The notes: generated from the sequence alone by a model not told the origin. DNA of 64,000 nt from Gemmatimonadota bacterium (GCA_039588295.1 JBDHAB010000001.1:384001-448000), one strand, 5' to 3'; positions 18,915 to 28,758 are shown, counted from the stretch's first letter. Numbers and translations are program-made.

Positions 18915-19133
18915 TCAGGCTTGAGCAGGTGTACCTCGAACCTCGAGCGTCTCGAACAATCGCCGTGAAGCCATCGCAATCTCCTCTACAGCGTGCTGGA
19001 ATGCGGCTTCGTTGGCCCGCGAAGGGACTCGAAACCCGCTGATCTTGCGGACGAACTGCAGCGCTGCGTCGTGGAGTTCCTGGTCTGCCGGATGGCCGTC
19101 TGGTCGACGGAGCTTCTTGATGTTGCGACACAT
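18915..19133 (-). CDS. DUF2277 family protein
   Basis: MCRNIK.L, AALQFVRKISGF..PS.ANE.AF. Confidence 0.88.
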   Translation of the reverse strand: MCRNIKKLRRPDGHPADQELHDAALQFVRKISGFRVPSRANEAAFQHAVEEIAMASRRLFETLEVRGTPAQA

Positions 19134-19342
19134 AGGAGGTTGGCTCGGGAATGATGGTGATTGGCTCGGGTCCTAGAACATGCGGCAATGGACCCGCTAC
19201 CGCCACGTCTCGTCGATGATGGTGTCGGCTCGGATCAGGCGGAGTTCGCGCGGTCCTCCGCAGGCAGCTCTGGCTGTCCGCTATGCCAGGGTTGTGATTC
19301 CCGCGACAACCGGCGTGACGGAGTGCCTACGCAGCAGGAGAC

Positions 19343-19735
19343 TCATTCCACTCCGTTCGCCACGGGTCGTTCCTGCCATCGGGCAAGATGCCCCCTCACA
19401 TAGAGGCCAAACGCCACGAGGGTTGCTACGGCGACGGATGTCGTGAAGACCACGCGGCTCTTGGGAGCTGCTCCCGCGACTCCCGGCAGCACGGTGGCAA
19501 TGACGGCCACAACCGCCCACAATGCGAACATGCGCATCGCCCACCGAGCCATGCGGAGGAGTCCGTAGCCTGTGACGGCAACGAGGACCGCGTGGGTCAG
19601 TCCGACACCGGCGAAGAGATACCAGGGCAAGCCGACACGGGCAAACATCGGCGACAGTCCCGCCATGGCAACGCCCCCCACCGCTGCCCCGAACAGGAGG
19701 AGTGCAATTGCCGTGATGCCGGGAGGGCGGGTCAA
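19343..19735 (-). CDS. Hypothetical membrane protein
   Basis: RPPGITAIA start, four TM helices. Confidence 0.6.
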   Translation of the reverse strand: MTRPPGITAIALLLFGAAVGGVAMAGLSPMFARVGLPWYLFAGVGLTHAVLVAVTGYGLLRMARWAMRMFALWAVVAVIATVLPGVAGAAPKSRVVFTTSVAVATLVAFGLYVRGHLARWQERPVANGVE

Positions 19736-19759
19736 CCCTACTTCACCCCCGTACCTGTC

Positions 19760-20311
19760 TCAAGTGGGAGGCTTGAGTTTCGCATGGTACTTGGCTCGGA
19801 ACTTGGTGACTTTTGGATCGATGACAACTTGGCAGTACGGCTGCGCCTGGTTCCGCTGGTAATACTCGCGGTGATACGGCTCAGCGGGATAGAACGTCTC
19901 GAACGGTGAAATCTCGGTCACAATCGGGTCACCCCAAAGGCCGGCTGCGTCGAGTTCCCGAAGGACTTGCTCGGCCGTGGTCTGCTGCTCCGGCGTGTGG
20001 ACGAAGATGGCTGAGCGGTACTGCGTTCCCACGTCTCCGCCCTGGCGATTGGGCGTCGTGGGGTCGTGGATCGAGAAGAAGATCTCGAGCAACTCCCGGT
20101 AGGTGATGACGGTGGGGTCGAACTGCAGCTGCACGACTTCCGCGTGACCCGTGGTGCCGGAGCAGACCAGCTCATAGGACGGGCTGGAGATCTCCCCCCC
20201 CGAATAGCCGGACTCTACTCGATCAACACCCTGAAGCTGCTCGAAGATGGCTTCGAGGCACCAGAAGCAACCGCCTGCGAGGGTCGCGGTTTCCATCGAT
20301 TCAGCCGCCAT
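19760..20311 (-). CDS. msrA: Peptide-methionine (S)-S-oxide reductase
   Basis: GGCFWC, GTTGHAEV, HDPT..NRQG.DVGTQYRS, AEPYH..YY. Confidence 0.95.
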   Translation of the reverse strand: MAAESMETATLAGGCFWCLEAIFEQLQGVDRVESGYSGGEISSPSYELVCSGTTGHAEVVQLQFDPTVITYRELLEIFFSIHDPTTPNRQGGDVGTQYRSAIFVHTPEQQTTAEQVLRELDAAGLWGDPIVTEISPFETFYPAEPYHREYYQRNQAQPYCQVVIDPKVTKFRAKYHAKLKPPT

Positions 20312-20371
20312 GCTCCACCCCGTCATCTGTGGGTGTTGTGATCCGTTGTTCCGCTACGGGGGCGCCTTCGC

Positions 20372-20980
20372 TCAGCGGACTCGGACGAACGTTACTGTGT
20401 TGTCGGCGGTGACTTCGCAGCGGTATACCACAACGTCGACCCCGGTCCAGAGACCCGATGCGAGAACGTCCCCCGCATCCTGCTCCTGCCGGAGTCGAAT
20501 CTCGTGCGCTGAGGCCCTCGGTAGCTTCCGCCGGTAATCTCCGCAGACGGCTTCGTCGGGCCCACCCGCGGCTGGGCCGTGAAACACCAGAACCGTATGC
20601 TCGATACCGTGTGCCGCGATGAGGAAGCGACACTCAGTCCGCAGTTGATGAGAACGGGAGAACTCGATCCCCGTCGGTGCCAGACCGCCGGGCCCTCCGG
20701 GAATGTACAGGCGATCGTAATGGTCGATTCCCAGTTCGCGGTGAAGGAAATCGTCCAGATCCTTCTGGAAGCGGCCATCTGAACAGGCGATCACCAGCGT
20801 GTGGGGACGCTCATGATTCCAGCGTCGGACCTCGCCGTTCTCGTGGTCATCAACGGGTGGCTCGACCTGCTCCTCAGGAGGCCTTCCATGCACCTGTGAG
20901 TCTTCAGTGTGGATGCGATCGTCTTCCGACACCGAATGCTGGTGCTCGTGAATCCCCGACTCGATCGGATGACGAGACAT
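20372..20980 (-). CDS. Beta-carbonic-anhydrase-like protein
   Basis: VIACSDGR, IPGG, LVFH...CGDY; His/acidic N-terminal tail. Confidence 0.6.
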   Translation of the reverse strand: MSRHPIESGIHEHQHSVSEDDRIHTEDSQVHGRPPEEQVEPPVDDHENGEVRRWNHERPHTLVIACSDGRFQKDLDDFLHRELGIDHYDRLYIPGGPGGLAPTGIEFSRSHQLRTECRFLIAAHGIEHTVLVFHGPAAGGPDEAVCGDYRRKLPRASAHEIRLRQEQDAGDVLASGLWTGVDVVVYRCEVTADNTVTFVRVR

Positions 20981-21000
20981 CAGTGCGGGGGACGCGAGGC

Positions 21001-21858
21001 CTACCGGTTCATCGCAAACGTGTCGCAATCGTTGGGGGTGCCTGACTGCAAGCCCCGCCTGAACCACGCGACACGCTGTTCCGATGAACCGTGCGTGAAC
21101 GTCTCCGGATTGACGTACCCCGATGACTGCCGCTGAATTCGGTCGTCTCCCACAGCCGCGGCCGCGCCCAGTCCCTCTTCGACGTCGCCGCCGTCGAGCA
21201 TATCCCGCTGGACGGTCGAGTGTGCCCAAATACCCGCATAACAGTCGGCCTGCAGCTCCATGCGCACCGACAGTTCGTTTCTGAGCTGTGGTTGCGCCCG
21301 TTGCGCGCGCCGCATTTCCGCTTCAGTACCGAGCAGGTTCTGTACATGGTGTCCGATCTCGTGTGCGAGCACGTACGCCTGCGCGAAGTCTCCCGGGGCA
21401 CCGAACCGGCTTCGGAGCTCGTCGTAGAAAGCGAGATCGATATAGACCTTCTGGTCGCCGGGGCAGTAGAACGGTCCAGTAACCGCCTGCGCGAATCCAC
21501 ACGCGGAGCGTACGGCATCTCGGAAGAGGACCAACTTGGCGTCGCGATACCCTGCACCGCTTCGGCTGAAGACACTGGCCCAGGTGGTTTGGGCGTCGTC
21601 GAGTACGAACGAGACGAATTCAACGAGTGGCTCTTGGTTCTCGATGAACTGTGGTGAGGCGGCCGAAACTCCCGATGTCGTTCCGGTGGCGCCGAGCAGG
21701 CTCAAGAAATCCTGTTTGAAGACGAAGCTGAGAACCAGAAGGACGAGAATGCCACCGAGGCCGAGTCGCGTCCCACCTCGCCCGAGACCCAACCGAGTGG
21801 ATCTCTGGCCTCGTCGGTCTTCTAGATTCGCGCTACGACCGCGACGCTTCCACCGCAT
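21001..21858 (-). CDS. Neutral zinc metallopeptidase (YpfJ family)
   Basis: GPFYCP.D.KVYIDL, YVLAHEIGHHVQ, ELQADC.AG.W, FTHGSS.QR. Confidence 0.92.
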   Translation of the reverse strand: MRWKRRGRSANLEDRRGQRSTRLGLGRGGTRLGLGGILVLLVLSFVFKQDFLSLLGATGTTSGVSAASPQFIENQEPLVEFVSFVLDDAQTTWASVFSRSGAGYRDAKLVLFRDAVRSACGFAQAVTGPFYCPGDQKVYIDLAFYDELRSRFGAPGDFAQAYVLAHEIGHHVQNLLGTEAEMRRAQRAQPQLRNELSVRMELQADCYAGIWAHSTVQRDMLDGGDVEEGLGAAAAVGDDRIQRQSSGYVNPETFTHGSSEQRVAWFRRGLQSGTPNDCDTFAMNR

Positions 21859-21932
21859 CCACGTACTCCTTCGAATTCACCATCCTGAGCTTGCATTGAA
21901 CGAGTCTCGCTCTGTGATGGGCCTGGTGTCCG

Positions 21933-22718
21933 CTACCTGGACTTGCGGGTCGCAAACTTGAGCCCTGACCACGTGGCGTCGATTGCGCTGATCTTGTAGT
22001 CGACGAGTCCCGAGTCGAGTCCCACCCTGCGAACGTCCGCTTGTGAGAGATTCGACGCGACGCCAGAGGCCTTCTTCGGCCACACGATCCACAGTCCTCC
22101 GTTCTTGACGGCGCTGGCCATAGAGGAGATGCGACGTTCGAGATCTTTGCGTGACTTCACGAACCAGATGGTGAGGTCCCGTGTTCCACGGGCCTGTTTG
22201 CGTATCACCACACCTTCTGGCAACCGACCGAGGGTCTGCTCGAATCGCTCGGGAGCATTCACCAGAGCCACGGTCGCGTTGCGCCTGATCCCCAGTTTCG
22301 TGACCAGTGGTGTGCCAGAGTAGCCGGCGAGGCTCGAGTCTGGTACAACCGGATCCTTCGGCGGGTTCGCGATGGCCCGCTTGAGTGCACTCCGGATGCT
22401 GGACCAGCTCGTATACTCTGCATCGGGCAGCATACGCTTCATGCGCTCGACCTTGTCTGGCTCACCGGCGACGAATACGAGCGGAACGTGTCGTGTCGCC
22501 GTGGAATGTCGAATTCCCAGGCCGACATCCCGGCCCTGTGCCGGGAGCCGTGTGAGGTCGATGACAGCCGCAGCGGGTGGACGTGCCCGTAGCGCGCGCA
22601 GCGAGTCCGGCCCGAACGGCTCGGCGGATACGACATAGCCCGCGGCTCGCAGCTTCCGAGCGCGCTGCTTCGCCTCGGTGGCGTTCCAATGAACCAGACG
22701 AATCCGGCCGGTAGGCAT
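21933..22718 (-). CDS. Receiver-like domain fused to DUF3052-like domain
   Basis: N-half AVIDL.RLP..G..V...IR....T..VPLVFV; C-half GYSGTPL..KLGI, LWIVWPKKAS, GLVDYK..AID..WSGLKF. Confidence 0.65.
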   Translation of the reverse strand: MPTGRIRLVHWNATEAKQRARKLRAAGYVVSAEPFGPDSLRALRARPPAAAVIDLTRLPAQGRDVGLGIRHSTATRHVPLVFVAGEPDKVERMKRMLPDAEYTSWSSIRSALKRAIANPPKDPVVPDSSLAGYSGTPLVTKLGIRRNATVALVNAPERFEQTLGRLPEGVVIRKQARGTRDLTIWFVKSRKDLERRISSMASAVKNGGLWIVWPKKASGVASNLSQADVRRVGLDSGLVDYKISAIDATWSGLKFATRKSR

Positions 22719-22812
22719 GGTTGGACCTCGTTATTTCCAGGCTCGCCGTGGTGGAAGCTACGCCGGGGTCCGCCCATCTCGCCAGCCGACGCCACCGGTC
22801 CAGAGATCGCCG

Positions 22813-23301
22813 CTACTTCCTCTCCGTCACCTGCTGGAGCGCGGCTTTCTTGAGAAGGCTGATCTGTCCTGCATGATATAGCATGTGCTGTACGTAGCCG
22901 TGCAAGTTGTTGTACGCCGAGCTGCTGCCGTTGATGAGGGGGGCATCGAGCTTGGCTCGCGGGAGGCGCTCCACACCACACTGCAGATCTGCCTCGCCGG
23001 CGTTCAAGATATCCAGGGTCTCTTGCCAGTTCGCCTCCGTCGGGTCCGGAGCGGGGGGCCAATCTTCATCCGGCGCCAGCTCAATCGCCGAGGAGTCGCC
23101 ACGCATTCTCCGAAGCATGAGCTTCTGAGTTCCAGTGAGGTGCAGGACGATCTCCCAGATACTGTGGATCCCAGAAACGGGTCTCGCGGCCGCAATCGTG
23201 CTGCCGATTCCGTCCAGGAGCTCCAATAGTGCCGGCCCATGCCACGCTCCGCCTTCAAACGCCTGCTTCAGCTGCTCATGAATACGGTCGGTCTCCTTCA
23301 T
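22813..23301 (-). CDS. DinB family protein
   Basis: AWHGP, HSIWEIVLH, QH..YHAGQI..LKK. Confidence 0.88.
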   Translation of the reverse strand: MKETDRIHEQLKQAFEGGAWHGPALLELLDGIGSTIAAARPVSGIHSIWEIVLHLTGTQKLMLRRMRGDSSAIELAPDEDWPPAPDPTEANWQETLDILNAGEADLQCGVERLPRAKLDAPLINGSSSAYNNLHGYVQHMLYHAGQISLLKKAALQQVTERK

Positions 23302-23378
23302 GGCCTACGCTCCCCGAGCAAAGCTGCGGGTGTTCCGAAGCAACGCTTGGATGGAAGATAGGTGGTTTTCCGGTGCGC

Positions 23379-23413
23379 AGACCGCTGGCGTGACAGTCTC
23401 ACGCCAGCGGTCT
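23379..23413. terminator. 15-bp perfect hairpin just after trpB2 stop
   Basis: AGACCGCTGGCGTGA-cagtc-TCACGCCAGCGGTCT; no clear U-tract. Confidence 0.45.
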
Positions 23414-23427
23414 TGACCGGTTCCAAC

Positions 23428-24801
23428 TCAGACCGCGGTCACGACTTCAGGGAGCCGATTCATCGCGTCCGCGACTGCCGCCGCCGGGTACTCGTAGTCG
23501 ACGAGCTTCCCCCGGAGATACGCCTCATATGCGGTAAGATCGAAGTGGCCGTGCCCGCACAAGTTGAAGAGAATCACCCGTTTCTCCCCCTGCGTCTTGG
23601 CTTCGAGTGCTTCGTCGATGGCCACCCGAATCGCATGGGAGGGCTCAGGGGCCGGGATGATTCCCTCACATCGCGCGAACTGGACGGCGGCGGCAAAGGT
23701 TGGGAGTTGAGGTACCGCGAGCGCCTCGAGGTGACCGGCATCGTAGAGTGCGCTCAGACTCGGCGCCATTCCGTGATAACGGAGTCCGCCAGCGTGGATC
23801 GGCGCCGGGATGAAATCGTGACCCAACGTATGCATCTTCACGATGGGCGCCATCTGCGCGGTGTCCCCGTAATCGAACGCATACGTCCCCTTGGTGAGCG
23901 TCGGGGCTGCTGTAGGCTCGACCGCCACGATGCGCGTGCGCTGGCCGTCGCGCAGGTTGTGCCGCAGGAATGGGTACGCGAGGCCGGCGAAGTTGGAGCC
24001 GCCACCCACGCAGCCAATCACCACATCCGGGTATTCACCCGCCAAGTCCATCTGCTTCAACGCCTCCTCACCGATCACCGTCTGGTGCATCAGCACGTGG
24101 TTGAGAACGGAACCGAGGCTGTACTTCTTGGCACCGTTTGACGTTACCGCCACTTCAACGGCTTCGGAAATTGCGATCCCGAGAGACCCGGGGCTTTCCG
24201 GATCGTCCGCGAGCACGGACCGGCCGAACTCGGTCCGATTGGTGGGACTGGCGAACACCTCGGCACCGTAGCTCTCCATCATCACACGGCGATAGGGCTT
24301 CTGCTGGTAGGAGACGTTGACCATGTAGACCTCGAGTGCGAGGTCGAACGCGTTGCAGGCCATGGCCAGAGCCGAACCCCACTGACCGGCTCCAGTCTCC
24401 GTTGTGAGGGCGTTGGTTCCGCCAGCCTTATTGTAGTACGCCTGCGCTACCGCTGTATTGGGTTTGTGGCTGCCTGTCGGAGACACTCCCTCGTACTTGT
24501 AGTAGATATGTGCGGGTGTATCCAACGCGCGTTCAAGCCGACGCGCCCGATGCAACGGCGTTGGTCGCCAGAGCTTGTAGACCTCCCGCACGTCTTCCGG
24601 AATCTCGATGTAGCGCTCAGCGCTGATCTCCTGTTGTATCAACTCCATAGGGAAAAGCGCCGAGAGGAAATCCGGGGTCACCGGCTCTTTTGAGCCGGGA
24701 TGGAGGACGGGTGACGCCTCGACCGGCATGTCGGCGGCGATGTTGTACCACGTCCTTGGCAGATCGGACTCGGTGAGGAGCAAACGCGTTGTGTCAGACA
24801 T
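23428..24801 (-). CDS. trpB2: Tryptophan synthase beta chain, TrpB2 type
   Basis: [66 protein letters not shown]. Confidence 0.93.
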   Translation of the reverse strand: MSDTTRLLLTESDLPRTWYNIAADMPVEASPVLHPGSKEPVTPDFLSALFPMELIQQEISAERYIEIPEDVREVYKLWRPTPLHRARRLERALDTPAHIYYKYEGVSPTGSHKPNTAVAQAYYNKAGGTNALTTETGAGQWGSALAMACNAFDLALEVYMVNVSYQQKPYRRVMMESYGAEVFASPTNRTEFGRSVLADDPESPGSLGIAISEAVEVAVTSNGAKKYSLGSVLNHVLMHQTVIGEEALKQMDLAGEYPDVVIGCVGGGSNFAGLAYPFLRHNLRDGQRTRIVAVEPTAAPTLTKGTYAFDYGDTAQMAPIVKMHTLGHDFIPAPIHAGGLRYHGMAPSLSALYDAGHLEALAVPQLPTFAAAVQFARCEGIIPAPEPSHAIRVAIDEALEAKTQGEKRVILFNLCGHGHFDLTAYEAYLRGKLVDYEYPAAAVADAMNRLPEVVTAV

Positions 24802-24856
24802 GCCACCTCCTGGAACGTTGGTCTTTCGCTTTGAGTGCACCTCGCGCCAATACGAA

Positions 24857-24902
24857 CGGCGACGGGCGCGTACCTCTGAGGAGAGGTACGCGCCCGTCGC
24901 CG
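24857..24902 (-). terminator. Attenuator terminator hairpin
   Basis: Perfect 21-bp stem (24857-24877 / 24882-24902), 4-nt loop, followed by UUCGUAUU on the minus strand. Confidence 0.75.
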
Positions 24903-24925
24903 AGGGGGGCTCGGGGTGCGGTGTC

Positions 24926-25033
24926 TTACTCGATCACACCCGGGCCTACGCGCACCACTCCTGAAGGCGGACGCCACCACCAGGCCCACCAGTGGCCAGT
25001 GCCGAGTGTCTGCGAGGATGCGGTGCGCAGCAT
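24926..25033 (-). CDS. Trp-rich leader peptide (TrpL-like, 35 aa)
   Basis: [35 protein letters not shown]; five TGG in six codons, upstream of trpB2. Confidence 0.85.
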   Translation of the reverse strand: MLRTASSQTLGTGHWWAWWWRPPSGVVRVGPGVIE

Positions 25034-25040
25034 GATCGTG

Positions 25041-25069
25041 AGGTTATCACCGGGGTTGGGAAGCGTCAA
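25041..25069 (-). promoter_or_regulatory. sigma70 promoter of trp leader
   Basis: TTGACG-17 nt-TAACCT with extended TG, 7 nt before leader ATG. Confidence 0.7.
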
Positions 25070-25093
25070 GGGAGCGGCGAGGCTTCCCATGCC

Positions 25094-25756
25094 TCAGCGC
25101 CCAGTTGCGCTCTTCGACTTGGCGATGTCGTAGCGCATGTATGGACGCGTGGGGGACGGACGCTTGCATTCAACGAATCCGGCCTGGCGGAACGCGGCGG
25201 CGAGGCCGGTCCAGGCGAACGCCGCCGGAACGGAGCCGGCCTTGGGGTCGATTGGGTACCCCTCCAGGATGGTGCCACCCCTGCGCGCCACATGCTCGAT
25301 CGCTGCTCGAAGGAGCTTCACTGTCACCCCTTGCTGGCGGTACTCCTTCGCGATGAAGAAGCACGTCACCGACCAGACCGGCGCGTCGTCGAGTCGCTGA
25401 AACAGTCGGGAGCGCTCCAACCCAGGGTATGCATCTCTTGGAGCGACTGCGCACCAACCGATCGGCGCCCTTCCTGCGTATGCGAGGATCCCAGGAACTT
25501 GACGTGATGCCACAATTGCCTGCATGGCGCTCCTGGTGCCGCTACCCTTCTTTCGCTCAAACTCGGTGCGTGTCATGCGATGCCACATGCACCAGCATCC
25601 GCCACAGGCGCCGCGTGGACCGAAGAGTTGCTCGAAATCCTTCCACCGAGCCGGCGTGAGCGGTTGAAACCGGAGCGGCTCGGTGTGGGCATCACCTTGC
25701 TCCAACGAGGTGCGTCGCTGCAGCGCAGTCTTCTTCAACATTCCCATCGTGACCAA
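25094..25756 (-). CDS. GNAT N-acetyltransferase
   Basis: LFG.RGACGGCWCM, GWCAVAPR, VWSVTCFFI, EGYP; start uncertain. Confidence 0.88.
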   Translation of the reverse strand: MVTMGMLKKTALQRRTSLEQGDAHTEPLRFQPLTPARWKDFEQLFGPRGACGGCWCMWHRMTRTEFERKKGSGTRSAMQAIVASRQVPGILAYAGRAPIGWCAVAPRDAYPGLERSRLFQRLDDAPVWSVTCFFIAKEYRQQGVTVKLLRAAIEHVARRGGTILEGYPIDPKAGSVPAAFAWTGLAAAFRQAGFVECKRPSPTRPYMRYDIAKSKSATGR

Positions 25757-25771
25757 GGCTTCCGCTACGGG

Positions 25772-27343
25772 TCAGCGACCTCCGTTGCGGACCGGTCGCA
25801 ACATCAGATCGTGGAAATCGAAGCTGAAGTCGGTTGCGGGAGACACCGCTCGCATTTTCGCGTGGTCGATGCGTCCGTCGGGATCTAATGCGAACGTGAC
25901 GTACGCGTCTGCGCGGAGCTCACGATCGCGCCATCGGACAACGAACGTGTCGTACTGCCAATGCTCCAGATCGCCAACGAGCAATGGTGTATGCGAGAAG
26001 CGCAACGCCAACCTCCCGTCATCATGGGTGATCGTGATGTCCCCATACCAGCGGTCTCGATACGTGTTCGCATATTGCTCGAGCGGTAGGGCGGGGCGAG
26101 AGGCCACATTCCGTTGGTCGACGACGCTTCGCTCACGGCTGCGGATCATGGAGTCCCTTCGTGCCATGACCCGCCGATAAGCGGCGAGCCAATCGAATTT
26201 GCCGGCATCAAGGTAATGGTCGATAACCCGCCACGTGATGGCGTAGAACGCAGCGCCCGATTCCTGGTTGGTGAGCACGGCGACACCGAGCCTTTTCGCG
26301 GGAACCATGGCGACCCGTGAGACGTAGCCAGGAAGGCCTCCGGTGTGGGTTACGAGCTTGTTGCCCCGAAAGTCCGTGACGCGAAATCCCAGTGCGTAGC
26401 TCGAGAAGTTCGCCCGCAGCGGCGCCAGATCGACGGGAGGTGTGCCGAGCGGGATCGGGGTGACCGGCGCCCACAGGTGGCGAGTGGTGCGGGGCGAGAA
26501 GAGCCGCGTGCCGTTTGCGAGCCGCCCGGAATCCAGCTGCACGATCATCCACTTCGCCATGTCCTCGGCGTTGGAGTTGATTCCGCCGGCCGGATTGGTG
26601 TTGTCGCTGAGAAACGGAGCGATCGGTCGCACCTCGCCTTCGATCCGTGCATGCGTCGTCGCCACGTTGGCGCCGCTGCTGGCAGCCGAATGGAGGACGT
26701 TGCTGCCTGCCATACCGACTGGCGTGAGTATGTTGGAGACCACAAAGTCTTCCCACCTCTGGCCGGACACGGCTTCGATCACCTCACCGGCAATGAGGTA
26801 GAGCACGTTGTCGTAGGCGTAGGCGCTTCGAAAGCTGGTCGCCAGGGGTAAGTGGCGGATGCGACGCGCGATCTCCTTGCGGTCGTAGGTCGATGGCGGC
26901 CACCAGAGCAGGTCTCCGGCGCCAAGCCCGAGGCCGCTGCGATGCACGAGGAGATCACGGACGGTGAGTTCGCGGGTGACGTAAGGATTGGACAACTGAA
27001 ACCATGGGAGGTACTGCACGACCGGTGCATCCCACTCGATCTTGCCCTCTTCGACGAGCATCCCAAGCGCCGTCGCGGTGAAGGCCTTGGTGTTCGAGGC
27101 GATTCCGAACAGGGTCTGCGCATCGACCGGATGTTGCTCACCGAGCGTCTTGACCCCGTACCCCCTTGCGAGCACGACCCGCCCGTCCTTGACGATGGCG
27201 AGCGACACGCCCGGCACCTCGAATGCCCGCATGACTCGTGTCACGTAGTCGTCGAGATCTGCGGGGGGTGTATCCGGTCGTTGCTGCGACTGCAGCGGAG
27301 ACACCGCTACGACCAGCAAGACCGCAAGCTGTCTGAATCGCAT
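25772..27343 (-). CDS. Serine hydrolase (beta-lactamase family) with C-terminal DUF3471-like domain
   Basis: Signal peptide; FGIASNTK (SxxK), YDN, HTGG; start MRFRQL with RBS AGGAG. Confidence 0.88.
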   Translation of the reverse strand: MRFRQLAVLLVVAVSPLQSQQRPDTPPADLDDYVTRVMRAFEVPGVSLAIVKDGRVVLARGYGVKTLGEQHPVDAQTLFGIASNTKAFTATALGMLVEEGKIEWDAPVVQYLPWFQLSNPYVTRELTVRDLLVHRSGLGLGAGDLLWWPPSTYDRKEIARRIRHLPLATSFRSAYAYDNVLYLIAGEVIEAVSGQRWEDFVVSNILTPVGMAGSNVLHSAASSGANVATTHARIEGEVRPIAPFLSDNTNPAGGINSNAEDMAKWMIVQLDSGRLANGTRLFSPRTTRHLWAPVTPIPLGTPPVDLAPLRANFSSYALGFRVTDFRGNKLVTHTGGLPGYVSRVAMVPAKRLGVAVLTNQESGAAFYAITWRVIDHYLDAGKFDWLAAYRRVMARRDSMIRSRERSVVDQRNVASRPALPLEQYANTYRDRWYGDITITHDDGRLALRFSHTPLLVGDLEHWQYDTFVVRWRDRELRADAYVTFALDPDGRIDHAKMRAVSPATDFSFDFHDLMLRPVRNGGR

Positions 27344-27369
27344 GGCTACTCCTGGAGGCATCGATAGTC

Positions 27370-28020
27370 TCACGGTTGATCCGGCCTGAAGCGTTGAAGA
27401 ATCTGCTGATAGATCGCCTGGTGTCTTGGGAAGTCGGGATCGTTCGAGTTGTGTTCGGCAAAGAAGACATGATACACCCGGTCGTCCACCACGAGCACAT
27501 ACTCCCGCTGCGTCTGGTCGTACATCCAGCGAACCAGCGTCCTGGCCCGATAGGTGCCGAGGGTCGTATCCGACGGCTGGTGCTCCCAGAGATCGCTCAG
27601 ATTGAAATCGGTGAACCACTCGTCAAGTGACAGCCGATTGGGGTTCGGGAGTACTCGGACGGTGAACTCGCCAGGCCACAGCGGTCCCTCGGGTTCGCGG
27701 ATCGTGACCTTGGCGACCTCGCCGGCAATCAAGATCTCACCGGCCCGATACGATCTCTGGTCGCGACGGGGCCTTGCCTGGATGAGATGCCAGCGGCGCG
27801 GGTAGCCGATCTGAAACTGGCCGATCGAGTCGCGCCACGTGGTCCACTGAATCTGCGTCGCATCCAGTACATCCGGCCGAGCTCTCGCAGCCTCGGTGCT
27901 CCGCGCTCCTCCGGCATAGGGGATCGTTCCGCGCCCCGGTGCTCCAAGGAAGAAGCCGTAGAGACACACGAGCGTGACCGGGTGAAGTAGCAGTGAGCGA
28001 ACGCGTCCGGTGTGATCCAT
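27370..28020 (-). CDS. Hypothetical exported protein (PsbP-like pattern)
   Basis: W.TWRD..GQFQIGYP..W; C-term YQQILQRFRP. Confidence 0.5.
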   Translation of the reverse strand: MDHTGRVRSLLLHPVTLVCLYGFFLGAPGRGTIPYAGGARSTEAARARPDVLDATQIQWTTWRDSIGQFQIGYPRRWHLIQARPRRDQRSYRAGEILIAGEVAKVTIREPEGPLWPGEFTVRVLPNPNRLSLDEWFTDFNLSDLWEHQPSDTTLGTYRARTLVRWMYDQTQREYVLVVDDRVYHVFFAEHNSNDPDFPRHQAIYQQILQRFRPDQP

Positions 28021-28681
28021 CCTCGGGAACCTCACCTAACCGATAGGTTACGAGCCAATAATACTCCAGTGACAGCACATCGAGACGCTCGACAATAGGC
28101 GCAAAGGTAGCCTCAAGTTCATCAACCGTTGAGAAATTCTTGAGTACGTGATGCTCGCTGTTGTCGGAGAGTATCCGTCGCTGATATGTGTTGCCATCGT
28201 GGTCTTGGTGTGTAATCGGTGTGGTGCTACCGTCAACATACTGATTGTCCATCATCACCACGAGTGCACCACGTCCCAGCTGGTCATGGAAACGCTGCAA
28301 GAACTGTTGCCTCTCCTGCGTGGGGACATGCGACCACCAGAACCCCGCGAATCCGGCCGTGAACGTTCCGTGACGGAAGGCGAGCTCGTAGGCATCTGCG
28401 AGCGCGAAGCGTACGCGACCTTTGGGATAGGTCTTCGAGCGAGCTGCCGCGATTACGGTGGCGCTCGCGTCGGTGGCCAAAATCGACCTGGCAACGGGGG
28501 CAACGAGCGCGGTCCAGTGACCAGTACCGCAGGCAATCTCGAGGATGTCGTGACCCGTCAATTCTGGTTGCAGCCGACGGGTGAGCGCAGCGAGGTTCTG
28601 CTGACGCTCGGGCTTGTGATAGATGCGCTCGTACTCTGCCACGCGCTGTGTGTAATACGCCAGCAAACGGGTGTCAGCCAT
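27737..28681 (-). CDS. Class I SAM-dependent methyltransferase (apparent read-through C-terminus)
   Basis: YY.QR..EYERIY.KPERQ, LEIACGTGHWT, GFWWSHVP, VLKNF; domain appears to end near 28040. Confidence 0.8.
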   Translation of the reverse strand: MADTRLLAYYTQRVAEYERIYHKPERQQNLAALTRRLQPELTGHDILEIACGTGHWTALVAPVARSILATDASATVIAAARSKTYPKGRVRFALADAYELAFRHGTFTAGFAGFWWSHVPTQERQQFLQRFHDQLGRGALVVMMDNQYVDGSTTPITHQDHDGNTYQRRILSDNSEHHVLKNFSTVDELEATFAPIVERLDVLSLEYYWLVTYRLGEVPEDGSHRTRSLTATSPGHARVSLRLLPWSTGARNDPLCRRSAEHRGCESSAGCTGCDADSVDHVARLDRPVSDRLPAPLASHPGKAPSRPEIVSGR

Positions 28682-28758
28682 GGCCGGTCTGGTCATTCAT
28701 GATCAGAGTGGAAGGTAGTCACCCGGGCGGGCGCTGAATATGGTTGCGACGGCTAGCC

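Noticed and set aside
19170..19346. Possible decayed lipoprotein/amidohydrolase N-terminus (MSLLLRR...*...ACGGPRELRLIRADTIID)
   Set aside because: Internal stops and too little similarity to call by eye
3809..24801. Aromatic amino acid decarboxylase plus TrpB2 as a tryptamine pathway
   Set aside because: 18 kb apart with unrelated genes between; no evidence of co-regulation
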